Of a DNA stretch of 15,078 nt, positions 1 to 7,776 are shown one piece after another. A program made the position numbers and the translations under genes. The stretch is taken from NCBI GenBank assembly GCA_043822785.1, contig JBDRBN010000119.1, forward strand, positions 1-15,078, read 5' to 3'. Below the pieces are notes generated by a model, which worked only from the letters and a program-made list of their open reading frames with translations, had not been told where the DNA came from and ran no database searches. Position 1 is the stretch's first letter. Each line of letters begins with the position of its first letter. This stretch comes from Pseudomonadota bacterium (GTDB lineage: Bacteria; UBA10199; 2-02-FULL-44-16; JAAZCA01).

Positions 1-242
1 GCTAATATTCCGATTATTAAGTAGGCAATTCCGTTCTTTTTTATCCCTGCTCTAAAGTAGCATATAGCTTCGGATATCGTGTAAGAGAGAATGAAGATAG
101 ATATCACAAGCTTAAGGCCCCAGAAAGCTGCAGCAATTAGCGCCATGGTACCGCCGGGGTAGAACAGCATTATAAAGCCAAGCAGGATGGCTAAAACAGC
201 AGCGACCATCATATGTCTGTATGATCTCGTAAGTGTATCCAT
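1..242 (-). CDS. Partial (runs off left edge) inner-membrane protein, HdeD/DUF308-like
   Basis: Not in the ORF track. Hand translation from ATG 242: MDTLTRSYRHMMVAAVLAILLGFIMLFYPGGTMALIAAAFWGLKLVISIFILSYTISEAICYFRAGIKKNGIAYLIIGIL. RBS AAGGGG upstream. The 'AILLGFIMLFYP' pattern resembles DUF308 repeats. Confidence 0.7.
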   Translation of the reverse strand, partial: MDTLTRSYRHMMVAAVLAILLGFIMLFYPGGTMALIAAAFWGLKLVISIFILSYTISEAICYFRAGIKKNGIAYLIIGIL

Positions 243-365
243 TGCATTCCCCTTTCAAGAAGTATTGTGCAGGTGTGTTTCTAAACAGATGGTTTGGATT
301 TTACTTATATTTTGCTGCTGATCAAGAAAGTAATGAGAAATATGCAATAAAAAGCCGGCTAATTT

Positions 366-929
366 CTACCACAACATCCTAGAAGAGGCTATTGCTTCTT
401 CGCAAAGCATTTTGAGCTCCTTATCATAGTCAGCAACGGATGCTGCCTTATCTTTGCTCTTGGAGAGCATCGAGCAGGTGAGCGCATATCTGTTGTACAT
501 CTTCGAGCGCTTACGTGTCATCGTGATCGTCGTGGTATACCGCCAATACTTTTTTTCTGGGCAACGCATTGTGGTGAAGTAAGAACTTTTTCCTGCCCAC
601 GTCTTTTTGCCCTTCTCTATGACGTCGCATTCTGTCTTAATGCCTTCAGGTGACGTGTATTTTTTGCTACTGGTAGTGTTCGTGCCCTTCAAATCTTGCA
701 TAACAAGGTTTATCTGCGGTTTGTTGACAAAATTGTCTATCTCGCACTTCTTTTTAGCAAAACAGACGCTTGTCATTTTGTCAGAGTCTTCCTTCATCTT
801 CCAGTTCTCTGGATACTTCATCATAAACTTAAACTCGCTGTTGGAATATGTGTTCTCCTCAGCGCTGGCATGAGAGACAAAAAGCATCGATGCAGTTACG
901 ACCATCAACCATAATAAGGCATTCTTCAT
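366..929 (-). CDS. Secreted hypothetical protein, possibly PsbP/Mog1-like fold
   Basis: Start moved to ATG 929 (AGGAGG RBS). Signal peptide MKNALLWLMVVTASMLFVSHASA; 'YSNSEFKFMMKYPENW' resembles the PsbP-like N-terminus; 6 Cys in the mature part. Confidence 0.7.
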   Translation of the reverse strand: MKNALLWLMVVTASMLFVSHASAEENTYSNSEFKFMMKYPENWKMKEDSDKMTSVCFAKKKCEIDNFVNKPQINLVMQDLKGTNTTSSKKYTSPEGIKTECDVIEKGKKTWAGKSSYFTTMRCPEKKYWRYTTTITMTRKRSKMYNRYALTCSMLSKSKDKAASVADYDKELKMLCEEAIASSRMLW

Positions 930-1128
930 GCTACCCTCCTCTTTAAAGTTGTGTGTCCTTCCTACTAATCTGTGCCTTTTTGTCAAGGAGGGAAGGGCAT
1001 AAGAAGAGGCTTGTGGGCCCTTTGATACGGCCTTTTGGCCAAAGATGATCTGGGCGACGGTTTCTAATTGATAATTGTGGCCATTGTGGTAGTAATACGC
1101 CTCATTTTACTAACACAGGAGGGGGAGT

Positions 1129-1722
1129 ATGAAGAAAATCTTGATCGTGATGTTGGCAGTAGGGCTGGTTGCTGGGTTCGCGTTCACAGCGTTCACTGGC
1201 GAACTGAAGACCAAGGAGACGGTGACAGGTGAGGGCATTAAAGGAGAGAAGACGACCACAGTCACCACGTCAGAAGGTGCAGTTACCGTAGAGGAGAAAG
1301 AAAAAGTCAAGACGCCTGCTGCTAAGGAAAAGATGGAGAAGGAAACTGTAGTTACATCTGAAGGCGCAGCAACTGGAGAGAAGATTAAGATAAAGGAAAA
1401 GGGTGTTGGCAAAGAAAAGGTTGAGGCCGGAGCTGTTGAAACTGCTGAAGGCGAAAAGGCAGAAGCTGCCAAGGTTACGCTCAAGAGGAAGGGCATGAAA
1501 AAGGATATAGTTACCTTCGACTCCTTTGACGACACGACCATGACGGTTACAGTCATTAAGGGCGGAGCAAAGGTACAGATGCCCACGCGCGAACATGACA
1601 AGTGGGAAGTACACCCCACGAAGATGAAAAAGGGCCAGCAGATAACGATCTACTCCACCTATGATCCCAACCTCGTAAAACATGTGGTACAGGATGCAGA
1701 GATGGGCAAGATCATGCAGTAA
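1129..1722 (+). CDS. Secreted Lys/Glu/Thr-rich hypothetical protein with internal repeats
   Basis: RBS AGGAGGGGG, signal peptide MKKILIVMLAVGLVAGFAFTAFT, terminator downstream. Confidence 0.8.
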   Translation: MKKILIVMLAVGLVAGFAFTAFTGELKTKETVTGEGIKGEKTTTVTTSEGAVTVEEKEKVKTPAAKEKMEKETVVTSEGAATGEKIKIKEKGVGKEKVEAGAVETAEGEKAEAAKVTLKRKGMKKDIVTFDSFDDTTMTVTVIKGGAKVQMPTREHDKWEVHPTKMKKGQQITIYSTYDPNLVKHVVQDAEMGKIMQ

Positions 1723-1744
1723 GCTGGATCTTTTTGTATGGTAT

Positions 1745-1780
1745 AAAAAAGCCCGACCAGACGGTCGGGCTTTTTGTTTT
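1745..1780. terminator. Bidirectional intrinsic terminator
   Basis: AAAAAA-GCCCGACC-AGAC-GGTCGGGC-TTTTT: perfect 8-bp GC stem with A/T tails on both sides, between convergent genes. Confidence 0.9.
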
Positions 1781-1792
1781 GCATCAGTAGGA

Positions 1793-2923
1793 TCAAAAAC
1801 CATAAGCCATAGCTAGGGCGCCGCCGATATTTGTCTGATTCGAAGCTCCCGCAGGATCGATGAAATCGAAACGAGCTTCCACCTTTATCACCGTCGCATC
1901 AGTTATCCAAAAACCTCCTGCGAGGCTGGCTTCGTGGATTTGTTGTTTCTGCCCTGTGAGATTGAGCACTCCGTTGGTATTCTGAAACTGCTGAGCATAT
2001 GTGTAGCGCAGTACTCCATAAAGCGAATCTGTAAAGTCATAATAAAGCTCAAAAAGCCCACCAAGGTAACGGCTGTTAGGTCCTCCGAATCCATTATCCT
2101 GTCTAAACAGACCCTCACCGCCAATAGCAAATGCATCTGTTACATACACCATCCAATCGATATCAGCGCCAAACGTGTAATGCCTGTTGCTGTTGCTCTC
2201 AGGCCCGAAGAAGGGGCTTATCCCAACTGTGCTCTCGCTGTCTTCTTCACCCCAGTTAAAACGAAGTGAGGCTCCAAAAGAGGGCATGTCGTTTATCTTG
2301 GCAGTTGTGTCATTTGTAAGGCCATTGACCACAAATACGTGTAATTCAACTAGATCATTAAATGCATAAAGAATCTTTGCTCCGGTCAATATATAAGGAT
2401 AGAGGTTAGCCCGGCTCAATATGCTCCAAGAAATGATCTCGTTATCATAGGCATCATCCTCTTCAAAGCCAGCTGGCCCCCAAAAGTGGCCTATGAGAAC
2501 CTCTATGCCGTTTCCAACAGGGATATTCGCAGTTACATATGCCTGTTGAAGGTTAAAATTCCAGAATGAGCCAGAAGCCAGGCGGCCAAACTCGAGATCA
2601 GCGCGCAGCCTAATATTTTCGCCAAACGACTTTATGATATCCAGCTCAACATCATCCACATAGAACATGAGATTATCCTGCCCTGGCGAGGGCGCAACAC
2701 CTGCTGCGACGTTGGGGATGTATGAGCCGATGACACCAGGAAAAGTGCCGTCGTTTGTCCATTCTGTGACCGCATCGTTGCTGAAATGCTCGTAACCTGC
2801 GCCAGCTACAACATGGCCTGATGCCTCAAACCCACCAAGAACATAATTGTTGTTCGCGTCTGCGCCTGCTGGAGCAGCGAGGATTGGTGCAAAAAGCAGC
2901 AGAAATAGCCATATTTTTTTCAT
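1793..2923 (-). CDS. Outer-membrane beta-barrel porin (BBP2/DUF1597-like)
   Basis: Signal peptide MKKIWLFLLLFAPILAAPAGA; 'NLQQAYV', 'GHFWGPAGFE' and 'KVEARFD' motifs; C-terminal YGF BAM-type signal. GTG 2929 is an alternative start. Confidence 0.8.
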   Translation of the reverse strand: MKKIWLFLLLFAPILAAPAGADANNNYVLGGFEASGHVVAGAGYEHFSNDAVTEWTNDGTFPGVIGSYIPNVAAGVAPSPGQDNLMFYVDDVELDIIKSFGENIRLRADLEFGRLASGSFWNFNLQQAYVTANIPVGNGIEVLIGHFWGPAGFEEDDAYDNEIISWSILSRANLYPYILTGAKILYAFNDLVELHVFVVNGLTNDTTAKINDMPSFGASLRFNWGEEDSESTVGISPFFGPESNSNRHYTFGADIDWMVYVTDAFAIGGEGLFRQDNGFGGPNSRYLGGLFELYYDFTDSLYGVLRYTYAQQFQNTNGVLNLTGQKQQIHEASLAGGFWITDATVIKVEARFDFIDPAGASNQTNIGGALAMAYGF

Positions 2924-3046
2924 ATCCACCCCTAATCACTCGACTGAAATGTTGAGATTTGTTATTGTTGATCAACGTAAATTATTGAATAAAATGGCTT
3001 AGTCAAGCTACTTATGAATAGTCTAATATAGGTCATGGAGGGGAAG

Positions 3047-4162
3047 ATGGGCATTAAATACAAGACCGTCTTGGCAATAGTCATCGTGACCTTAATTGTA
3101 TTAGTAGCGAGCTGGTTTCTTTTTTTTAAAGGAATCTATCTTAAAGAAGCTGATCGTAAACTTTCTGGTGAGCTTACGATTTATAATTGGAAAGACTACA
3201 TAGGCAAGGATACAGTTGCTAATTTTGAAAAGGAGTTTGGAGTAAAGGTAAATTATCTTACTTTTGATGATGAAGAAGAGCTCTTTTCAGCGCTTCAAAG
3301 CGCTTCCTCTAAATACGATCTTGTAATTGCTTCAAATGATGTTATCACTGCTCTTGTTCAAGCTAGGCTTTTGGATACAATCGATTATACGAACATTCCC
3401 AACATTAAAAATATCGGCGAAAAATTTAGAAATCCTCCCTATGATCCAGAAAACAAACACTCTGTGCCTTACTTGTGGGGAACAACAGGTGTTATCATTA
3501 ATTCAAAACACATTAGTGGCAATCCTGATTCCTGGTCATTGTTGTGGGATCCTGTTTATCGCGGAAAAATAGCTATGCTCAATAACCTTTTTGCTACGTT
3601 CATGCCCGCATTCCTCATGCATGGCATAGACTTCAACACCAACGATCTGCATGCCATAGCAATAGCTGAAGAAGAGCTATTTAAGCAGCGGCCATTGATC
3701 GTTGGTTATCTGGAGGTCACTGATATACGCGACAAGATGGTGTCTGGCGATCTGTGGGCTGCGCAGATATATAGCGGCGAGGCCATGCAGGCCATAGAAA
3801 AAAATAAGGATTTGCGCTATTTCATTCCAAAAGAGGGCTCAGATATCTGGGTTGATAACTGGGCTATACCAATGGGTGCACACCATAAATATACGGCCGA
3901 AGCCTTTATCAATTATGTGCTGAGGCCAAAGGTAAGCGCTGCCATTGTTAATGAACTATGGTTTGCTAATCCAAATATTGCCGCCAGGCCGTTTACCGAT
4001 GAAGAGATGCTAAATGACCCGTTAGTTTATCCGCCGTCCAATATTCTCGACAAATGTCATATGTGGCACGATGTTGGAACACCTGAGGAGATCATGCAGG
4101 GCAGGAGCAAGATGAACGAAATCTGGGAAACTTTAAAGTTTCTGGGTCGGAATGAGCAATGA
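3047..4162 (+). CDS. potD: Spermidine/putrescine ABC-type substrate-binding protein (PotD/PotF family), N-terminal membrane anchor
   Basis: LTIYNWKDYI, YDLV, PYDPENKHSVPYLWGTTG, YSGEA and PKEGSDIWVDNWAIP motifs. ATG 3047 follows GGAGGGG (ATG 3035 is the alternative start). Confidence 0.85.
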   Translation: MGIKYKTVLAIVIVTLIVLVASWFLFFKGIYLKEADRKLSGELTIYNWKDYIGKDTVANFEKEFGVKVNYLTFDDEEELFSALQSASSKYDLVIASNDVITALVQARLLDTIDYTNIPNIKNIGEKFRNPPYDPENKHSVPYLWGTTGVIINSKHISGNPDSWSLLWDPVYRGKIAMLNNLFATFMPAFLMHGIDFNTNDLHAIAIAEEELFKQRPLIVGYLEVTDIRDKMVSGDLWAAQIYSGEAMQAIEKNKDLRYFIPKEGSDIWVDNWAIPMGAHHKYTAEAFINYVLRPKVSAAIVNELWFANPNIAARPFTDEEMLNDPLVYPPSNILDKCHMWHDVGTPEEIMQGRSKMNEIWETLKFLGRNEQ

Positions 4163-4184
4163 TTTACAACAACGGTGAGGGACT

Positions 4185-5768
4185 TTGATGCGACGCTTAA
4201 TTTCTTCAAGACTTAGCACAAAACTCTTTCTGGGGTTTTTTTTGATTTTGCTTCCTCCGATGCTCCTATCATATATGGTAATGTTCATCGTGGTTCATCG
4301 CACAATAGAACCAATAGCCATCAACAACCTTTTAGCCCTGAGCGGACAGGTTGCAGCTGAGGTTGATCGTACGTTGAATAGGGCGCTCTCTGATCTTGAG
4401 AATCTTTCAACTGATGAGGTAATTCAGGCGATCGATGTAAAGCCTGAGAAGAAGCGCGAGAGGATGCAGCGTTTGCAGGATCTGTATCCGCTGTTTGAGG
4501 ACATTACCCTTCTTGATTTAAAAGCACGTGTGATCACTTCCACAACATATGCATATCGCGGTGAATGGAAAGGTAAGGTTTGGTATTTTGAAGGGGTTAA
4601 AGGAAAGATCGGCATCTCTAGAGCTCATCCGATAATCAATCCTTTCAAGGTTGTAATTTCACTTGCCATGCCGGTGGATGATAGGGCTGGAGATAGGAGA
4701 TGGGTAATAGTTGGTCAGATCAATATGGAGAAGATATGGCAGATTATAGATTCGGTACGCATAGGCAGCACTGGTTATGCGATGATAGCTAACGCTGATG
4801 GCAGTGTGGTAGGCCATCCTGATAAGGAAATGGTCTTGCGGTTTATCCTTCCTTCTTCTCTTCAGACCTATATGTCTACTACTCACTATGGAGCGATGCA
4901 CATTAAAAATTTTAATGGAAAAGATGAAATGCTTGCTTTTGCGCCAGTGTATCTCAGCCATGATGTAGGCTTTCCGAATTGGAGCGTGATCGTAGCGCAA
5001 CCGGTTAAGGAGCTGATGGCTGGAGTGCGCAAGGCGCAATACATTGCGATAGTTGTCCTGATCGTAGCATTGTTTCTCTTTGGCGTGCTCGCTTATAAAA
5101 TTTTAAATTATATCATCAAACCCGTCGCTTATCTAACCGCGCACGTGATGGGAATAAGTCGCTCCGGAGATCTTGATCGCCTTATTGAACCTACTTCTTC
5201 AGATGAGCTGGGCGTGCTTGTGGAGTCCTTCAACATGATGGCTGATAGGCTTAAGTCAACCACAGTATCGCGAGACTATATGGATGGCATTATACATTCG
5301 ATGACAGACATGCTTTTGGTTGTTGATAAAGAGGGCAAATTGAAACGGATTAACCAGGCAGTTATTGACAACCTTGAGTACGATGAAGAAGAGCTGCTGG
5401 GTCGCGATATTGCTTTCTTGTTTGCAACAGAAGAAGATTTTTTTCAAACAGAAATTTGGAAGCATTTGCTGGCAGGTAAAAAAGTCGTTGATTTAGAATG
5501 CTCATGCATGACTAAAAGCGGTAAGCGCTTTTCTGTTGGAATATCCGGCGCTAGTCTTGAGCCCAAGAGCGAGGAAAAGGGCGATATTGTTATAATTGCT
5601 CGTGATATCTCTGAGCGTAAGAAGGCAGAAGAAATTATCAGAGAGAAGTTGGCATATATTAAAAAACTCAACGAATTAATGGTAGGCAGAGAGGAAAGGG
5701 TCATGGAGATGAAAGAAGAAGTAAATGCGCTTCTCAATGAGTTAAATCGTCCAAAGAAATATACTTGA
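4185..5768 (+). CDS. Membrane sensor: TM-dCache-TM-HAMP-PAS-coiled coil, no catalytic output domain
   Basis: Two TM helices flank a dCache-like region (GSTGYAMIANADGSVVGHPD); HAMP (DELGVLVESFNMM); PAS (DMLLVVDKEGKLKRINQA...ARDISERKKAE); ends GREERVMEMKEEVNALLNELNRPKKYT. Confidence 0.85.
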   Translation: MMRRLISSRLSTKLFLGFFLILLPPMLLSYMVMFIVVHRTIEPIAINNLLALSGQVAAEVDRTLNRALSDLENLSTDEVIQAIDVKPEKKRERMQRLQDLYPLFEDITLLDLKARVITSTTYAYRGEWKGKVWYFEGVKGKIGISRAHPIINPFKVVISLAMPVDDRAGDRRWVIVGQINMEKIWQIIDSVRIGSTGYAMIANADGSVVGHPDKEMVLRFILPSSLQTYMSTTHYGAMHIKNFNGKDEMLAFAPVYLSHDVGFPNWSVIVAQPVKELMAGVRKAQYIAIVVLIVALFLFGVLAYKILNYIIKPVAYLTAHVMGISRSGDLDRLIEPTSSDELGVLVESFNMMADRLKSTTVSRDYMDGIIHSMTDMLLVVDKEGKLKRINQAVIDNLEYDEEELLGRDIAFLFATEEDFFQTEIWKHLLAGKKVVDLECSCMTKSGKRFSVGISGASLEPKSEEKGDIVIIARDISERKKAEEIIREKLAYIKKLNELMVGREERVMEMKEEVNALLNELNRPKKYT

Positions 5769-5785
5769 GCACCCTCCGCCCCTAT

Positions 5786-5798
5786 TTGCTCCGTGACG
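5786..5798 (+). repeat. Degenerate right arm of the GTCAGACGGAGCAA hairpin element
   Basis: TTGCTCCGT--GACG versus TTGCTCCGTCTGACG (2-nt deletion). It lies within a small hairpin ACCCTCCG...CGGGGGGT (5771-5804). Confidence 0.4.
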
Positions 5799-5858
5799 GG
5801 GGGTATCAGTCAACTCTATTTTCATTTTGTCACAGAAGTGATATCAATCACTCGAATC

Positions 5859-6290
5859 ATGAAAGAGATAAAAATTATTCGATATGCTGTTATTTTTCTC
5901 AGCGCGCTTGTCTTGATGATCGCGATGTGCGCCGTAGGGACGCTCCTGGAGCAATTGGGCGTTTCGGCGGATGGGCGCATGGCGAGCATATTCATTTCTA
6001 TTGTTTTTGCTCTCTTTCTCATCATGGGATTCTCTATTGTACCCATAATGGTGAAGGTCTTCTTCTTTCTCTTCCTCCAAGTTCTGGCCTTGGTGCGGCC
6101 CGCATCAAAGCATAACCCCATAGCGTCTTGGCTTATCACCTTGAGCAAGAAGCAAATGGTGATCGTATATATCTTCTGGGGGATCTACATCATAGGGCTC
6201 ATATTTGCGGTACCAGCCGCGATTGAAAGCGGTTTTTTCAGCGGCGAATTCATTCAAAGCGCGCCTGTTCAGCCGGCACCTGTCCAGTGA
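5859..6290 (+). CDS. Hypothetical membrane protein (about 3 TM segments)
   Basis: Hydrophobic segments in the ORF 5793..6290. ATG 5859 (MKEIKIIRY) preferred; start uncertain. Confidence 0.65.
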   Translation: MKEIKIIRYAVIFLSALVLMIAMCAVGTLLEQLGVSADGRMASIFISIVFALFLIMGFSIVPIMVKVFFFLFLQVLALVRPASKHNPIASWLITLSKKQMVIVYIFWGIYIIGLIFAVPAAIESGFFSGEFIQSAPVQPAPVQ

Positions 6291-6291
6291 C

Positions 6292-6307
6292 AGACAATTC
6301 AGACGGA
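6292..6307 (+). repeat. Degenerate left arm of the hairpin element
   Basis: AGACAATTCAGACGGA versus AGACAGTCAGACGGA. It overlaps the methyltransferase stop codon. Confidence 0.4.
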
Positions 6308-7288
6308 CATCACATAGTTGACTGATTTCATTGCTGTCGGCTTTTGAGCGCTGATGACGGGAAAGGATCCGTATTTTCGCAGGATCGTTGGCAGGCGTTT
6401 GAGATTTGTAAGCGATTGAGCGGCGATTCGTCTTCCGTAGCGTGCTTCGACCTCGTTCCGACGTTCTTCGTAGACAGCGATGGAGTGATCCCACGTTGGC
6501 ATCGTGTGCTCGATCATGTCGTGCTTTTCCCTGATCTCAAAGCCTCGCTCTTGAAAGAGAGCCGGCCAGTCGGTGATTAGTTCGCGGCCCTCGTGGTAGA
6601 GGATCATCTTCATTGCCTTCTCTTCGCTGGCGTCAGGACACCCCGTGAACGTGAGATCGGAAAAGCCGATGTGTCCGCCGGGCTTGAGCACGCGATACAT
6701 CTCATCGATGAGCTTTGTCTTCTGTGCTTCGGTTACACAGATATCGCCAGCCACTTCAAGGCAGAGGAGCGAGTCGAAGGATTCGTCCTCGAAGTCGAGA
6801 TCGAGCGCATTTCCCTCACGAACGTGGATACGATCGGCCAAACATTTCTTGTCGATTAGGAGTTTTGCCTGGCGGACCTGTTCGCGGCTGATGTTGATCC
6901 CCGTGATATGACCGCTGTATGTGCCTGCGATGCGGATGGCCGGGGCGCAGATTCCGCAACCGATATCGAGCACGCGCTTGGCGTCGCCGAGCCTCGCCAT
7001 CCTGGCGACCATGTCTGTGTGGGCGCCCAGCGCATCATCCAGGGTTGTCGCATTGTCGTGAAAAAAGCCGAAGTGAAAGTTGTCGCCGTAGAACATCCGG
7101 CCGTCATCGGTGATGAGGTCGAAATAGGCCCCCACGCTTTGGTTTGTCCTGCGCCGCATGATGAGCGGGGCAACGTTCATGCGGATGCCCGCAATGATCT
7201 TGCGTGCGCATCCGATGAGGCCCGATGTGCGATAGGTTTGGCTGAAGAAGCCCCCACGGGCTACCAAGATGCCGTCTTTATTACCCAT
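6299..7288 (-). CDS. Class I SAM-dependent methyltransferase (RebM/sterol/tocopherol methyltransferase-like)
   Basis: VLDIGCG, TGINIS, FEDESFD and YRVLKPGG motifs; N-terminal VGAYFDLITD...GDNFHFGFF; RBS AAGGAG. Confidence 0.85.
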   Translation of the reverse strand: MGNKDGILVARGGFFSQTYRTSGLIGCARKIIAGIRMNVAPLIMRRRTNQSVGAYFDLITDDGRMFYGDNFHFGFFHDNATTLDDALGAHTDMVARMARLGDAKRVLDIGCGICAPAIRIAGTYSGHITGINISREQVRQAKLLIDKKCLADRIHVREGNALDLDFEDESFDSLLCLEVAGDICVTEAQKTKLIDEMYRVLKPGGHIGFSDLTFTGCPDASEEKAMKMILYHEGRELITDWPALFQERGFEIREKHDMIEHTMPTWDHSIAVYEERRNEVEARYGRRIAAQSLTNLKRLPTILRKYGSFPVISAQKPTAMKSVNYVMSV

Positions 7289-7512
7289 CGTCGTGGACTC
7301 CTTCCTGAAGAAGAGAGTTGAGGTGTATGAACTGCCGAGATCAAACGGGGGGGAAGGTGAAAGAATATCAGGTATTTGTCAATCACTATGGCGGCAAGAG
7401 GGTAATAAAGTAATCAAAAATATCGCGCAACCTTTCTAAAGATTGGTCGATAAACTAACGTAAGGGGAATTAGGTCGGCAATTTGACACCCGAGGTTGTT
7501 TTCCGGAAAAAC

Positions 7513-7541
7513 TTGCCTTTCGGTATGTTATCGCTTATATG
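7513..7541 (+). promoter_or_regulatory. Possible sigma70 promoter for the DEAD-box gene
   Basis: TTGCCT-17 nt-TATATG; the -10 match is imperfect. Confidence 0.3.
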
Positions 7542-7553
7542 ACCTCCCAAGCT

Positions 7554-7759
7554 AGGTGGTTTGGAACGGCTTACCTGAGAGCAGATCCTAATAAACTTCT
7601 CTCCTGTAGTTTTGAATCACACAAAAAATTTGTCTGTGAAACCAGCATCGTTGTGATGCTTTAAGCAGGCTTTATAAGCGGCCAAAGCTAGTCCACATGT
7701 GTGTCATGGTGACTAGTTGATGGTCGCATCATTGCAGACTTCGGAATATCTGAAGTGCA
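7554..7759 (+). promoter_or_regulatory. Structured 5' leader of the DEAD-box helicase gene (series of hairpins)
   Basis: Successive stems: 7554-7576, 7617-7639, 7644-7660, 7669-7688, 7688-7716, 7718-7731, 7738-7756. Confidence 0.4.
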
Positions 7760-7776
7760 TAAGAAAAGGATGTACA

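Noticed and set aside
1110..1803. Minus-strand ORFs 1110..1619 and 1270..1803
   Set aside because: Antisense shadows of the signal-peptide gene 1129..1722, which has the RBS and terminator.
6105..7321. Overlapping ORFs across the methyltransferase
   Set aside because: Shadow ORFs with no motifs. The same applies to the small antisense or alternate-frame ORFs inside the porin, potD, sensor, rhlE, helD and radical SAM genes.
7483..7511. Perfect TTGACA -35 box
   Set aside because: No plausible -10 hexamer 16-18 nt downstream.
7289..7776. tRNA or known riboswitch in the long intergenic region
   Set aside because: No cloverleaf, T-loop or recognisable aptamer consensus; only generic hairpins.
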